DNA of 64,000 nt, taken from positions 10,602,001 through 10,666,000 of the forward strand of contig JAYWIR010000001.1 of the NCBI GenBank assembly GCA_036172245.1, read 5' to 3'. Source of the DNA: Raillietiella orientalis (taxonomy: Eukaryota). The position numbers and the translations under genes are program-made. The notes under the pieces were generated by a model that saw only the letters and a program-made list of their open reading frames with translations, made no database searches and was not told the DNA's origin. Below, one piece after another: positions 44,288-55,599 of the stretch (position 1 is the first letter of the stretch; the number at the start of each line of letters is the position of its first letter).

Positions 44288-47237
44288 CCGGCACGTCCCA
44301 CGTGGTTGAAGGATGCCAGCGGGTTCTTCGGTACGAACGGCTCCCAATTCTTCAGCCAGTCGGGCGTGTGGAACCTGGTCGACGGCATCCCCTCGCCGGA
44401 GTGGTTCGGCACCGCGAACCCCCCGTTCTCGAGCGCGATGGGGATGATGTGCTCCCTGGAGGCGTGGCCTCCGCATGGAGTGGGCGAGGTGGCGGCGTCG
44501 CGAACGGAAGGCGGAGCGGGAGAAGTGGCGGCAGAGGCGGCAGGCGGGGAAGAAGGCGAGGGAGGGGAGTGGACAGGCACTTCCTTCTTCTTGGGCTGGA
44601 GGACCACCTGAGTGTCCTCCAGCAAGATGGGGATGATCTTTTCACCCACGGACCTGCACGCTTGCGGCTGGGAGGAAAGAGCGGCGGGGTGCTGCTGCTG
44701 CTGCTGGGTCTGAAGGTCCGAGTTCACCAGCAGGGAGACTTCTGCCCTTTGCACGATGGGTCCTGGATGCGGTGGCCGAGGCCTGGAGGGACCCACGACC
44801 ACCTCCATCTGCGTCCGCTTCCTTTCCGGCAGTGACGCCGCTTGGCGACTTGCGGAACAAGGTGGGGGGATGCGACCGGACTTCTTCTCCGCGTCAACAG
44901 CCGCCGCCCTCTCCTGGGATGGGTCTTCGCTGGTGACAGCTTCTTCCGGCGGGCGGGAGCCATCCGGGGAGGCGGACCTGGCCTGCTGGAGGAGCGGGTG
45001 GCCGGAGTCACGCGGGGAGGGAGGTCGCGGCCGCGCCGCTCCTTCGAGATCCACGACGCCTTCCAGGGCCGCCACCTTGGTTTCGTTGGGTCCCACTTCC
45101 AGGATGACCGGCCTCATCTCCGCCGGACTGGGAGGCTTTCCGGTCGCGGGCTGCGAGGCAGCGGCGGAGGCGGGGGAAAGACCGGGAAGCAGCTGGTCCG
45201 GATCGCGGGACTGGCAGAAGGCCTCGATCTCGGATAACACGCTGTTCAAGGTCTCCTGGCTCTGCAGGAGCACTTTGTCGGCGGCGACGTCCTTCTGCGC
45301 AGGCGGTCGCTGCTTGGCGGCGGCGGACGGCGGTGGCGGCTTCGCCGTCGAGGCACCCTTCGCTGACAGGCTGTCCGTGGAGGCGTTCCTCCGCATCCCG
45401 GCCGCCTTGGGGAGTCCGCCATCGCCCTCGGCGCGGCTGCTGCCGCGGCGCACGATCTGCGGCAGCTTGCCGCAGCGGTCGGTCTTGCTCTGCTCGAAAG
45501 CCCGACGCGCTTCGGAAACCTTCAGGGCGGGAATGACCACGGACCGCTTCTCGAGGGATTTCGGGTCGAAGGCTTTCTTCGTCGCGTCGCCGCCGACCTT
45601 CGGCACCAGCGGTGCCGCTATCCTCTGGGGCTTCTCCGATTCTTTGCTTCCGGAAAACCTCTGGGCCAACGACAGGATACCGGACGACTTAACGCTCTTG
45701 GTCACCGGCTTGCTTTCCGCGTCTTTCTTCAGCACCCTGGAGGGCTTCCTCAGCAGTGACGCTTTCCCGGATGATTCCTCGGACTTGGAGGTGACTTTGT
45801 CGTTCTTGGAGGCAGCGCTCGGGCCGGGAGCGGCGGTCTTGTCGTTCTTGGACGTAGCGCTCGGGCCAGGAGCGGCGATCTTGTCGTTCTTGGACGCAGC
45901 GCTCGGACCGGGCGCCGTCGTTTTGGATTTGACCTTCTTCACGACCCTGCAGAGCTTGGTTTCCTCGTCGGCGTTCCTGATTGGCGTGTCCTTCGCAGTG
46001 CTCGTTGTTCTCGAGAGAGGAAGGACTCCGCTACTCTTAGCGGCGGCAGACGGCGCGGTCCTGGCAAAATCTTCCCCTGCGCCCACTTTGGAACCGGAAG
46101 AAGACGAGGTCGACGACGACGCTTGCGGGGTGCTTCCTGTGGCCGCGACGGCAGGAGGAGCTTCCGCACGGTGCGGACTCGCCGGAACCTCTTCTGAGCT
46201 CGCGGAAGACAAGGCTGACGGGAGTACGGAGGTCCCGAGGTCGACCACTCTCGGAATATCCTGTTCCTGAAGGGAGGTCGCAGGAGAGGTTCCGGGATGC
46301 TCGGGGAGAGAAACTTCCGAGAGAGGAGGATGAGTTTCCGGGACACTTGGGAGCGCTGCCGTTCCTTCGGGAAGTCCTCCTTCTCCTCCAGGGGGCACTT
46401 CGGGAACTGACGGGGGTGACGGCACTGCAGCGCCCTCGGCCGCCGCCGCAGGCAGCGGTGGCGACTGCCTCCCGGAATCGGAAAGCAGGCGCTCGGCGCA
46501 CGGCTCGCGAACGGTCCGGTTGTCATAGACGGCGAAAGGCAAGGGTTCCCACTTGACGGGGGTGAGGGGTCTGTCCAGGCCGGGCGTCACGGTCAGCGGC
46601 TCCCCGTCTTCGCACGGAGGGGGAGGAGCTTCCTCGCTCGGCGCGTGCGCCGCAGAGCCATCCCTCTCGAGCGGCGTCAACGGCCGCGGTTCGCCTCCCG
46701 GACTGAGGGCGCCGGACGCGTCCGGCGGGGCCCCAGCTTCCGTGCCGCTCCCCAGCTGGTTTCCGTCCGCTTCGCTCCGCGTGCCGTTCCACCCGCGGTC
46801 TCCTACGATCTGCGAGGTGGGAACGTCTTCCGGGATCTCTCCCAGGAAATCGCTCTTTTCGCTCTCGGGCTCGTAGTCCATCAGCTGCTCCAGCAGCTTG
46901 CTCTGGGAGGCGATGTGGGCGTTCAGGTCAACGGAATCTTCCGGGCATGCGATCCCGTTGCTCGTCGCCGCTCGGTCGCCGCTGCTGCTGTTGTTGTACG
47001 CCGGTTCGCTCATGAAGTCCGCCTCCCCGGCCAGCACGAACGCCTCCCTGGTGGGCGGAGGAGCCAACTGCAGGAGGATGTCGAGTCTGACGGGCGTCTG
47101 GCAGGCCAGGTCCTCAGCTATCTCTAAGCACGAGTCTTTGTAACCCAAGTTGACCCACCAGTGAGAGCAAATGTCTTCGATGTTGGCTCTCTGCTTAGCG
47201 CTCACGGTGAGCATCTGATGGATGAGTTCGGAAGCGG
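44288..47237 (-). CDS. NUAK: NUAK exon 8 (kinase C-lobe end plus ~950 aa low-complexity tail)
   Basis: [29 protein letters not shown]...[17 protein letters not shown]; 2950-nt open exon corresponding to the 976-aa ORF; donor GG|gtaggc. Confidence 0.92.
45793..45918 (-). repeat. Coding tandem repeat, 3 x 42 bp (14 aa)
   Basis: [14 protein letters not shown] / [14 protein letters not shown] / [14 protein letters not shown] in NUAK exon 8. Confidence 0.95.
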
Positions 47238-47295
47238 CTGAAAAGGAAGCACGTGGAACAAGGGGGGGGTCCCTTCCGACGGCGAAAAGACATAC

Positions 47296-47417
47296 AGGAA
47301 GGAGTGCTGGGTTCGTAGAAATCCCCGGAGCAGATCTGCTTGACCAGCCTCTTGAAATTGGACCCGTCGAACGGCATAGAGCCGTAGGCTAACGTGTAAA
47401 GCAGTACCCCTAGGGAC
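47296..47417 (-). CDS. NUAK: NUAK exon 7
   Basis: [40 protein letters not shown]; acceptor ttttcgaag|, donor T|gtatgt. Confidence 0.93.
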
Positions 47418-47466
47418 CTTCGAAAAAATAGCAAACTCCCAAGGGAACGAACGGGAGGGACCTCAC

Positions 47467-47597
47467 CAGCAGTCGACTTCGGGTCCATAATAGGGTATCC
47501 CTTTGACAATCTCGGGAGAGGCATACAGGGGGCTGCCGCAGAAGGTGCTGAGGAGATTGTGCCCGTCGAACACGTTTGACAGTCCAAAGTCCGCAAT
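47467..47597 (-). CDS. NUAK: NUAK exon 6 (DFG, activation loop)
   Basis: [43 protein letters not shown](W). [12 protein letters not shown] is the NUAK activation-loop signature with the LKB1-target Thr. Confidence 0.95.
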
Positions 47598-48874
47598 CTA
47601 AGAGCGCAGCTTTAAAAGCAGGCGGGTCATCAGGTTCCCCGCCCGGGGAAGTCGCGCGGCCCGGGAGGACGTTCCCTTCTGGAGGCGCGGGAACTCTGCG
47701 GAGCAAAGCCGCGTCGCGCTCGAGAAGCACGACGGTTCCTCCCGCGTTCGAAGGCCGCCGGGAGGGAAAGAAACGCAAGCAAGGCGCGCACGTCCGAGCC
47801 GTCGTCATGCGCATCCGGGTCCGGAAGACGGAAATTCCGCTCCCGAACCAGGAGAACGACCCTCCCCCCCTCATGCGCACACACCAGCTGATCGGTGGCG
47901 AGGACGCATTCCTAGCAGAAATGCTGCCCGGTAGGACATGTGCGCATCCCTTTCCAGAAAAACACGCGCGCGAAGACTTCCCGGACTGGACTCAGAGAGG
48001 GAGGAGGTTCCTGTTCCGCAAGGGAGGGAGGAGGGAAGTGACAACCCTATCCTCCTGACGAGAACACTCCGGGTTCGCCAAAAGTTGTGAGGCAAAGCCG
48101 AGCGGCCACCACACGCGACACGCCCAGTTGAGAACGACGGCGGAAAGTGAGCGCGGCTGGCACGACGAGTTTTTCGAGATGGAAGCAGGGCAAGCCGAGG
48201 CGTCATCGAAACCTATAACAAGTCAAAAAAACAAAAACAAAAAAAAAGTCAAAATGTAACACCGGAAGGGGGGCAGAAATTCTGGTGCGTCCGCAAAAAG
48301 CGAAGGTGCCGTGAAAAAATTCCACTATAGAGAAGGACTAGTGGGTCCCCGAGAGGGAAGACAACTCGCCTGGGACAAATACACCCATCGCACGCACGAA
48401 AAAGGTGCGCCTGAGGCGCATGGGAGTTCGCCGTGGCGCGCGATCGTTGTCCCACCTGCTGCGGTACACCGAACCAGAGACGGACGAGAATCTGGAGCTG
48501 CCGCCCGATTCTCGCCAGGCGACACGCCACGATTCTTGTCGAGAGGAGGGAGACGAGGTGGGTGGGGATCTCCTTGACAACCTCGGCACCGCTTCGAAGG
48601 GGTTGTGAAGACTCTGGGTCTGCGGAATCGCAAATAGCGAACGAGGAAGGAGAGGACCTTCTCCGAGGCCAGCAGCGAGATGACCGCCTCCGTTCCTCGA
48701 TACAGAGCGCACCTCGCCAAGTGGCGTGATACGTGACATTACGGAATCGAGGAGGCAGCAACAGTGAGGGGACTCGGGAATGTCAACTGCCCGCCGGCCA
48801 AGGAAGGCCAAGGATAGGATCCGATCCTACGCGACCCTCGACCCTGACCCACGGTCTGCAGGCCGCCGACTCAC

Positions 48875-48940
48875 CTTGCAGTTACCACACTCGTCCATCA
48901 GGATGTTCTCCAGCTTCAGATCCCGGTGACAGATGTTGTG
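48875..48940 (-). CDS. NUAK: NUAK exon 5 (catalytic loop)
   Basis: HNICHRDLKLENILMDECGNCK; ttttccccag| and AAG|gtgagt. Confidence 0.95.
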
Positions 48941-48988
48941 CTGGGGAAAACAGGATCACCCAGCTGCCGGCCGTGCGACGCCTCCTAC

Positions 48989-49140
48989 CTTGTGACAGTA
49001 GTAAACTGCCACCGCGATCTGGCGGAAGATACGACGCGCTTCCTCCTCCAGAAGCATCTTGTGCTCTATCAGGTAGTCGTACAATTCGCCTCCGGCTGCG
49101 AATTCCATGACCAGCACGATCCTTTCCCGATTTTCAAACA
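48989..49140 (-). CDS. NUAK: NUAK exon 4
   Basis: VFENRERIVLVMEFAAGGELYDYLIEHKMLLEEEARRIFRQIAVAVYYCHK; ctttcag| and AAG|gtagga. Confidence 0.95.
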
Positions 49141-49197
49141 CTGAAAGCACCACCACCACACACCCGTTAAGGTGCGCAGCCCGAGTCTGCCGCTTAC

Positions 49198-49318
49198 CTT
49201 CAAAGATGTGGATGATGCTGGGATGCTGCACAGAAGACATGATCTGAATTTCCCTTCGAATGCGCATCAGATCCTGCTCCGTTTCGATCTTCGCCTTTTT
49301 GATCGTCTTTATGGCAAC
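49198..49318 (-). CDS. NUAK: NUAK exon 3 (VAIK, helix C)
   Basis: VAIKTIKKAKIETEQDLMRIRREIQIMSSVQHPSIIHIFE; tgtgtag| and G|gtaagc. Confidence 0.95.
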
Positions 49319-52300
49319 CTACACAGAAATTCAACCGTCAGTCATGAGGTCGGTCAGGGCCCAACCATGGCCTCGGTGCGTCTAGGCCTTCCTCGCGCTT
49401 TAGCATTAGTTCTGGTCCTCTTCCGGATGCCGGGAGCGCTACCGGGGTAACGGCACCAAACGAAAGCGGACAGGACGTCGCTGTGTGTACACAGCGATGG
49501 GAACGCACAGGAGCTTGCCGCTACCCCACCCCTGATCCGCCCCCGCGTCTCGCAAAAGCGCCATCCTGCATCCGCTCCGTGATGCAGCTACTCGTGTTCA
49601 TGCCCCCGACCTTTACATAGTACATGACCTCTGCATGAAAACACACTACAGCAGCTCTTCAAGAAAACTGCATTTGAAAACAAAAACCTCTAAACTCGAC
49701 TCGATGACCCATAAGCGGCGGTAAAAAATCGATGGATCTCGTGATGTGAAGGGAGGTGTATCGGCTGCCTGATTAAGGATCCGCATGATCCGGGCTGGGC
49801 CATCAAATCGGTCGCCAACGTCTTCGGGTTGCAGCGCAGCAGAATGGAAACCCGGACGAAGTCAACATGATACGAGAAATCTGGAAACTTTTTTTGGAGT
49901 ATCAGAAGATGGGGAAGAAGAGAGGGAAAGGGGGGAGGAGTGAATCTGAAAGTGACCGAAAGCGCGCAACTGCATGAAGGTGGCAATCAAAAGCTCTTGA
50001 AATAACAACGACCTCTGCTTTTGTCATCTGGAGAAGAACAAGTTCGCTGGCGTACCCGAAAACACGCACATGGCAGAGGAATTTTTTTTCCGCAACCCAA
50101 GGTGCACGTGAGTGTCAGCGACACAGCACCTCGCAGCAAAGCGAGTCGATGGAGTCCTCTGTCGTGCACTCCTTCACTCCTGCGACATCAAGACCGCAGA
50201 GGATGTCGAGCTACACGGAAATGCTGTCACTTCGCGCGCGAAACGTGATGGAAAAATCACGCAGTGTCGATCCGCCTTTTCAGATGAAATGCTTAGACAC
50301 TGGTACGCACGGCACCTCTAAGGAAAAAACAGCAGAGAAGTACGAAGAATCGATTCTTCGTATGGTTCCCGTGTGGACCATGAACGAAAAGCAGGTGTCC
50401 TAAGATTCGGAGTAAAAAGTATTAAACGGAAATGCTATTTTCCGAAACAACAGCCGCGCAAGACACTGGGGACATCTTCCCGAAAGTTCTTGAAGATCAA
50501 TAAACCCATAAAAAAAAAAAAAAGAGAGGAGTGCAGGCAAAGGAAAGGCTAAGTCTTCCGGTGCCAAACAAAAAATTACGTCAGGCACGAGTCCATGATG
50601 ATGCCAACTGTAACCATTCAGTGAGTCTAAAAGTGCGCTCTGGGCATTCCCGTTCTCTCAGCACAAGCGAAGAGAGATGATGTCCTCATGACGCCCAGGG
50701 ATTTCGAAAGTGGGTTTCGTCCAGAGGACACCGCACGCCTTCCATAAACCAACTTCTGCCGATCAAAAACATCACGAGGACCCCGCTTGCATCCTCTGTA
50801 ACACGGCCTTATCGCAGCATATAGAAACATCAGCATTCACAAGAGGCCTGTGAATCACTTATCATCAAACGGAGAACGAGATAATCAGCGAGACGAACTC
50901 GGGGATCCGTGCGCAAACACAAACGGACCGCCACGGTGATTATCTTTCTTTGTGTCCTGGAAAAACTCCTGCGAAGGAGACACGGTCGATGTGGGACCAA
51001 TACTGATTAGAACGCTGGCATCCGCCGCTTCGTGTCCTTGTTCGGGATTTGGGAGCAGACCCTTTTATGAACGATGCTGAGAAAAGTGTGGCTCTTGCAC
51101 GAAGGTACTTCGAAGAGCTTCTCGAAACGCGCGACTGGTCAACTCGCATGTTGTCAGCACGCACTTGACACAGAAAACACGTCGCACACATGAGATAGCA
51201 TACTCAGAGATGGTGCTTACTTTTCGTAGGGACGGAAACGTTCGCGAATGGTTTGACCCAGTGGATTGAGAACTTCGCACATGGCCTTTTACACACGGTC
51301 ACACGTAACGTCATCGTGAAGGCCATGGGAACGTGGCTGCTGTAACAGCACGAGACAAACAGTTTAAAAATAAAAATAAAAAAATATGAAAAGACGGGAA
51401 ATTTAATGAAGTGGATGATATGATGATAACAGGAGAAAGAGAAGGAAGAGCTACCGAAGCTGCCAGCTGGAACCTGATAAACCTGCACGGAAAAGATGCA
51501 ACGACAAAACAGGCCGCCTTTCGCAGAGCCCGCATACGCAAAAGTAACAGAAACTAAGGCAAATTGGGGAACAGAATCGAGCCGCCATCTTTCCCAATTA
51601 CGTTTGGTCTTTTCGCGTTTGCTATGAGCGAAAGACCAGCCCGTCCCAGGAATGTTTCGCAGAGACCGATTGCGACAGCCTTCTGAACCATATTATGCTC
51701 TGGATCCGTCAGCAACTGTTAGATCACTTGATCCGGAGTGCTATGGCTACCTTCTCCCCAAGGGAGACGACAAAGAACTCGAAAGCGCTGACGCGGATAA
51801 AGGCAGAGTACCAGGTGGTAAAAGAGCGCCAGCACAACGTGGTTCCTGGAAAGGTTCGTGCGGCGATGCTCGAAACTGACAGAATCATCCCCAGCGCGAA
51901 ATGCTGAAGGCGTTGCAGAGAAGACGTGCAAAAAAACGGAAAACACAAATGCTGAGGGGCGGCAGCTTACAGTTCCGCGATCTCAATATGATGCAACGGT
52001 AAGCTGATGCAATATCTTCCCTAGGGAATTAAGGAAGTCGTAAACATAATGAAGCGACCGATGTGTCAGGAAGCACGGCAGGATCGCGGAACAACAAGCT
52101 GGATTCAGAAGCCAAATGTTTGTTTCGACGGACAAGCTGTCTCCTCCCAGTCAAACGGGGATCTCGTGGTATCACTCCTCCCACTGATGAAAGACGAACT
52201 CCGTGTCATCATCCTCACGAAGGTTCCCTTTGAAAGGATTCACAGAGAACGCTGGACACCAAGAGACCCGAGTCGAAGGAATGAAGCAACTGAGGAATGA

Positions 52301-55300
52301 AGTGGAAAGTCAATAGAACAGAACACGTATTCCTGAGGGGACGTGGCAGCTGCGTACTTCCGTTCAAAAGAAACTTTGAATTTTCGGCTTGCTTGGAAAA
52401 AAAAAAAAAGGCACGTCGGAATTACTACTGGATCCTGAAATCATCGGCAGGGGTCACACAAACCCATTCGGAGTTTCGGAAGACGCTTTGCTACATGCGA
52501 TCTTTGCAACCTGAAACCATGCCGTGCGTTTTCTCTGCCGTGACCTTGCTTTTTCTCTAATGGAAAGGCAGAAGGAGTACCTCAAGAGCTGCATACACAG
52601 CCAATGCTTGAGGTTCGTTTGATGAAATTCGCCATTTATCTGGAGCACACAGAGAAGAGAGGGGAAGGGAACGAAGCCTGATGAATGATGCACCAGTGAG
52701 TGAATACCAAGACTGGTGGAGGCGGATGACGTTTGGCAAGAATAAAAGTGTTCTTTCCTCAATTACCTCGGCAGGAGGAAGAAATTTGTGAGAATCAAGA
52801 TGATGTGTGAGAACAATACAATCCAGAAACCCATATATAAGTTTTTTTGTCTTTTTTTTTTTTTTGACGATGCGCGAATTCAAGGCGCAAATTCAGCAAC
52901 GACCGAAGCCAACAGCTGAAGATGTCTAAAGATGTCTAACTGGAACTGCTTGCCGTCTTTTCCGAAAGCACTTGGCTTTCCAAATATAACAAGATCTCAG
53001 GCTTTCCTGTCTGCACCCAAAGAGCACAGCTTCGTTTCTGCTTCCGGTTGCATGCGGCACTCGCTGCGTGTACCGAAGCAGCGCACTTATAACGCTGTTC
53101 CGAGGATCTGATCCGCACCATCGTCAAAAGATGGTTTGTTCGGCATTAGGAGATGGAGTCTCGCGGACTGGGGCGGCTCTGGCGTCACTTCTTTCAGAGT
53201 GCCCACAAGACAACAGCTGGAATCACCTGACGAGACCGTCGCATCCCGTCAGTGTTAAAACTGCCGGATTTGGCAGCCGCTCCGCCGGGCTGCCACGTCC
53301 CGCACCGTGGTGTGGGATTGCCAAATCGCTAATACCAGCTCTACACTGAGTAAACAAGAAATCAAAACGCAAATAGCTCGGCTGCAAACACCGAGGCAAC
53401 ACGCCGTTGTAGTCTCAGCGACTGGAACTGACCGCTCGAAATGCAAGCTAATGGGCAACACGACGGCGATCTTCCCCGGACAGAGAAATCCAGTTTCGCG
53501 GAAGAAGGGAGGACACAAACAAAAAAGAAAAGGTCAACTCTGAATGATTCCATTCGATTTCGGCCCTTCTTCGGACTCGAAAGACTGCGGGGAACGCCAT
53601 CAACGAAAGACGTTAAAAAGATCACGACTGAATGCACACACACAACTATCGTAATATTTATTCAAAAAGTGAACAGAATTAAATCGAACCACACCTAATC
53701 GCACGCCTTAACTGCCAAGCACCCGCTGATTAGAAGCAAGTTTACTCCACAATAAATTTAATAAAAAGTACTCCATAAAAAAAAAAAACAGGGGATGGGT
53801 GGGTGGGTGGGTGGGTGGCAGAAAGGGGCTGGAGAATTGCACATCACCTGTTCATTCCGCGGGAAACCGCCCTAGAGAATGTTTAAGCCGAGCCCAGATG
53901 AAAGCCGCAAAGAGAAAAACCCACTTGCGCTGCAGAAGAGTGCGCCGTTTATTCAGGAACAGAGCGGCTTTTTCGTCGGAAGGAAACCCAACTTTCCCTG
54001 GCATAAGCCTCAAAGTAATTTGGGAAACGCTTGCTGGCCTCAACTTACGATTTCCCTCTTTCCTCTCCCGAGGATGAATGAAAGAGGAAAAGAACGCACA
54101 AATGATGTCCAACTATTTTCATACAAAAGGGAGAGAAGTCGATGCCGACCCCAAAATCCATCATTACTCGAGATCTAAGAAATCGCATTGGCACCCGAAC
54201 GGTTGCAAAAAGGAGCAGTGCCTTCGATAACTGCCACTATCAGAAATTCCTTTCCTTTCATATCAACGCACGTCATTAGAGTGAAACGCTGGTTCCGGGA
54301 CAGTGAAAATAATAATGGTGAACATTCCATCATTGCCTATCAAAAGGAATTATAATAATAAGTTTTCACGGATTTCCTTGGGTTTTCACGCTGGGCTTCG
54401 GGACAGAATAATAATAACTGTGATAACAAACTCTCCGGTCAACAGCATTTCTTCTTCACTTGGCTTCTCAACAGGACGACTACAGCATCGCTCGACCGCA
54501 CCTGGACTGCCAGTTTCCGAATATCCCGCCAGTCTACGTCCGGCGAGGCACTGCAAACGCACTGGTGGCCATGCCAAAAGTATTCCGTGTTTTGGAGCTT
54601 CGGAGGATGCCGCAGGAATCACCTCGCAGTGTTACCTAGCACACCATCGAGGATTACCAAGATGAGCATCGCTTTTCATTGCACTGCTCCATAGCACAGC
54701 CGAGCATCGAAAGAACTTTTGGAAAGCCTCACTAATTAACAGGACACACGAGGAAAGTTTCCTTCAGGAAAGCTCTAGCCTGACAAGACAATGCCTTTAA
54801 ACACCTGCAACAACCTATACTGACAAACAACACAACCAAACATCAAGTTCCCGAAGAACTGGACATGGGAAGATTGCAGGAGCAGTGTCTTTTCGATCGA
54901 GCTATACAAGAGAAAACGAAGCCGACAAAGTGCAGAACCAAAAAGTCACAACGAAAGGATAAACCGACTATGGCAAGTCCATGTTCTCAATGTGTGATCC
55001 ACCTGCATTCGTGGCTCTTCAGGTCACACCCGCACGGAAAGAAGAAACAGGAGAACACTGCAGCTGCAAGAGATCTTCCTGGTGACGAGTGAAAGCCACA
55101 AATATCAGAGGAATAACGCGAAGGCATCAAAGCCGATCTATATCTCTATGTGGATGCAGGCGTCCATTTCGGAGCGAATGCCAAACGAAAGAATGAAACT
55201 CGTGAAAAGTAAAATTGGTAACTGACACTTCAGTACATTCGTTTTGTCCAGAAAACGTATACTTCTACGATAAAGAAGTACACCGAAAATTACTATTATG

Positions 55301-55520
55301 GTTCCGATTTTCCAAGACAGTTATTTTTGCGTGGCAGATACAGCCTCCAGTCGTCTTGACAAACAGATTAAACGCGCTGCCCAGTATGCTAAGCGGTCGC
55401 AACTGATTCCAGTTAAGGGCGCACGTTCGAAAACCCGGGCAAAAACCAAGACAACTGGAGGCAGCAGTATGCTGGCTCTAAAGTAATAATAAATATGCAA
55501 TTCATAGGAATCGATATTAC

Positions 55521-55599
55521 CTCCTGGCCAGTTTCTTTGTTGACCCCTAGCTGTACCTTGCCATAGGTTCCTTGGCCTAGCTTCCTCAATATTTCGTAC
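55521..55599 (-). CDS. NUAK: NUAK exon 2 (Gly-rich loop)
   Basis: ttttttag|G TAC... reads YEILRKLGQGTYGKVQLGVNKETGQE; donor GAG|gtaata. Confidence 0.95.

Noticed and set aside
44756..46270. 504-aa + strand ORF
   Set aside because: Antisense shadow of GC3-rich NUAK exon 8; no independent motifs.
44288..47237. PP1-binding GILK motifs known from vertebrate NUAKs
   Set aside because: Only GILS and similar near-matches are present; no true GILK seen.
48055..48085. Hammerhead-like CTGACGA followed by a GAAC/GTTC stem
   Set aside because: The required GAAA after stem II is absent (GCCA) and no stems I/III are evident.
50950..52330. Protein-like broken frames in NUAK intron 2
   Set aside because: Could be an old TE, but I recognise no motif, so nothing can be assigned.
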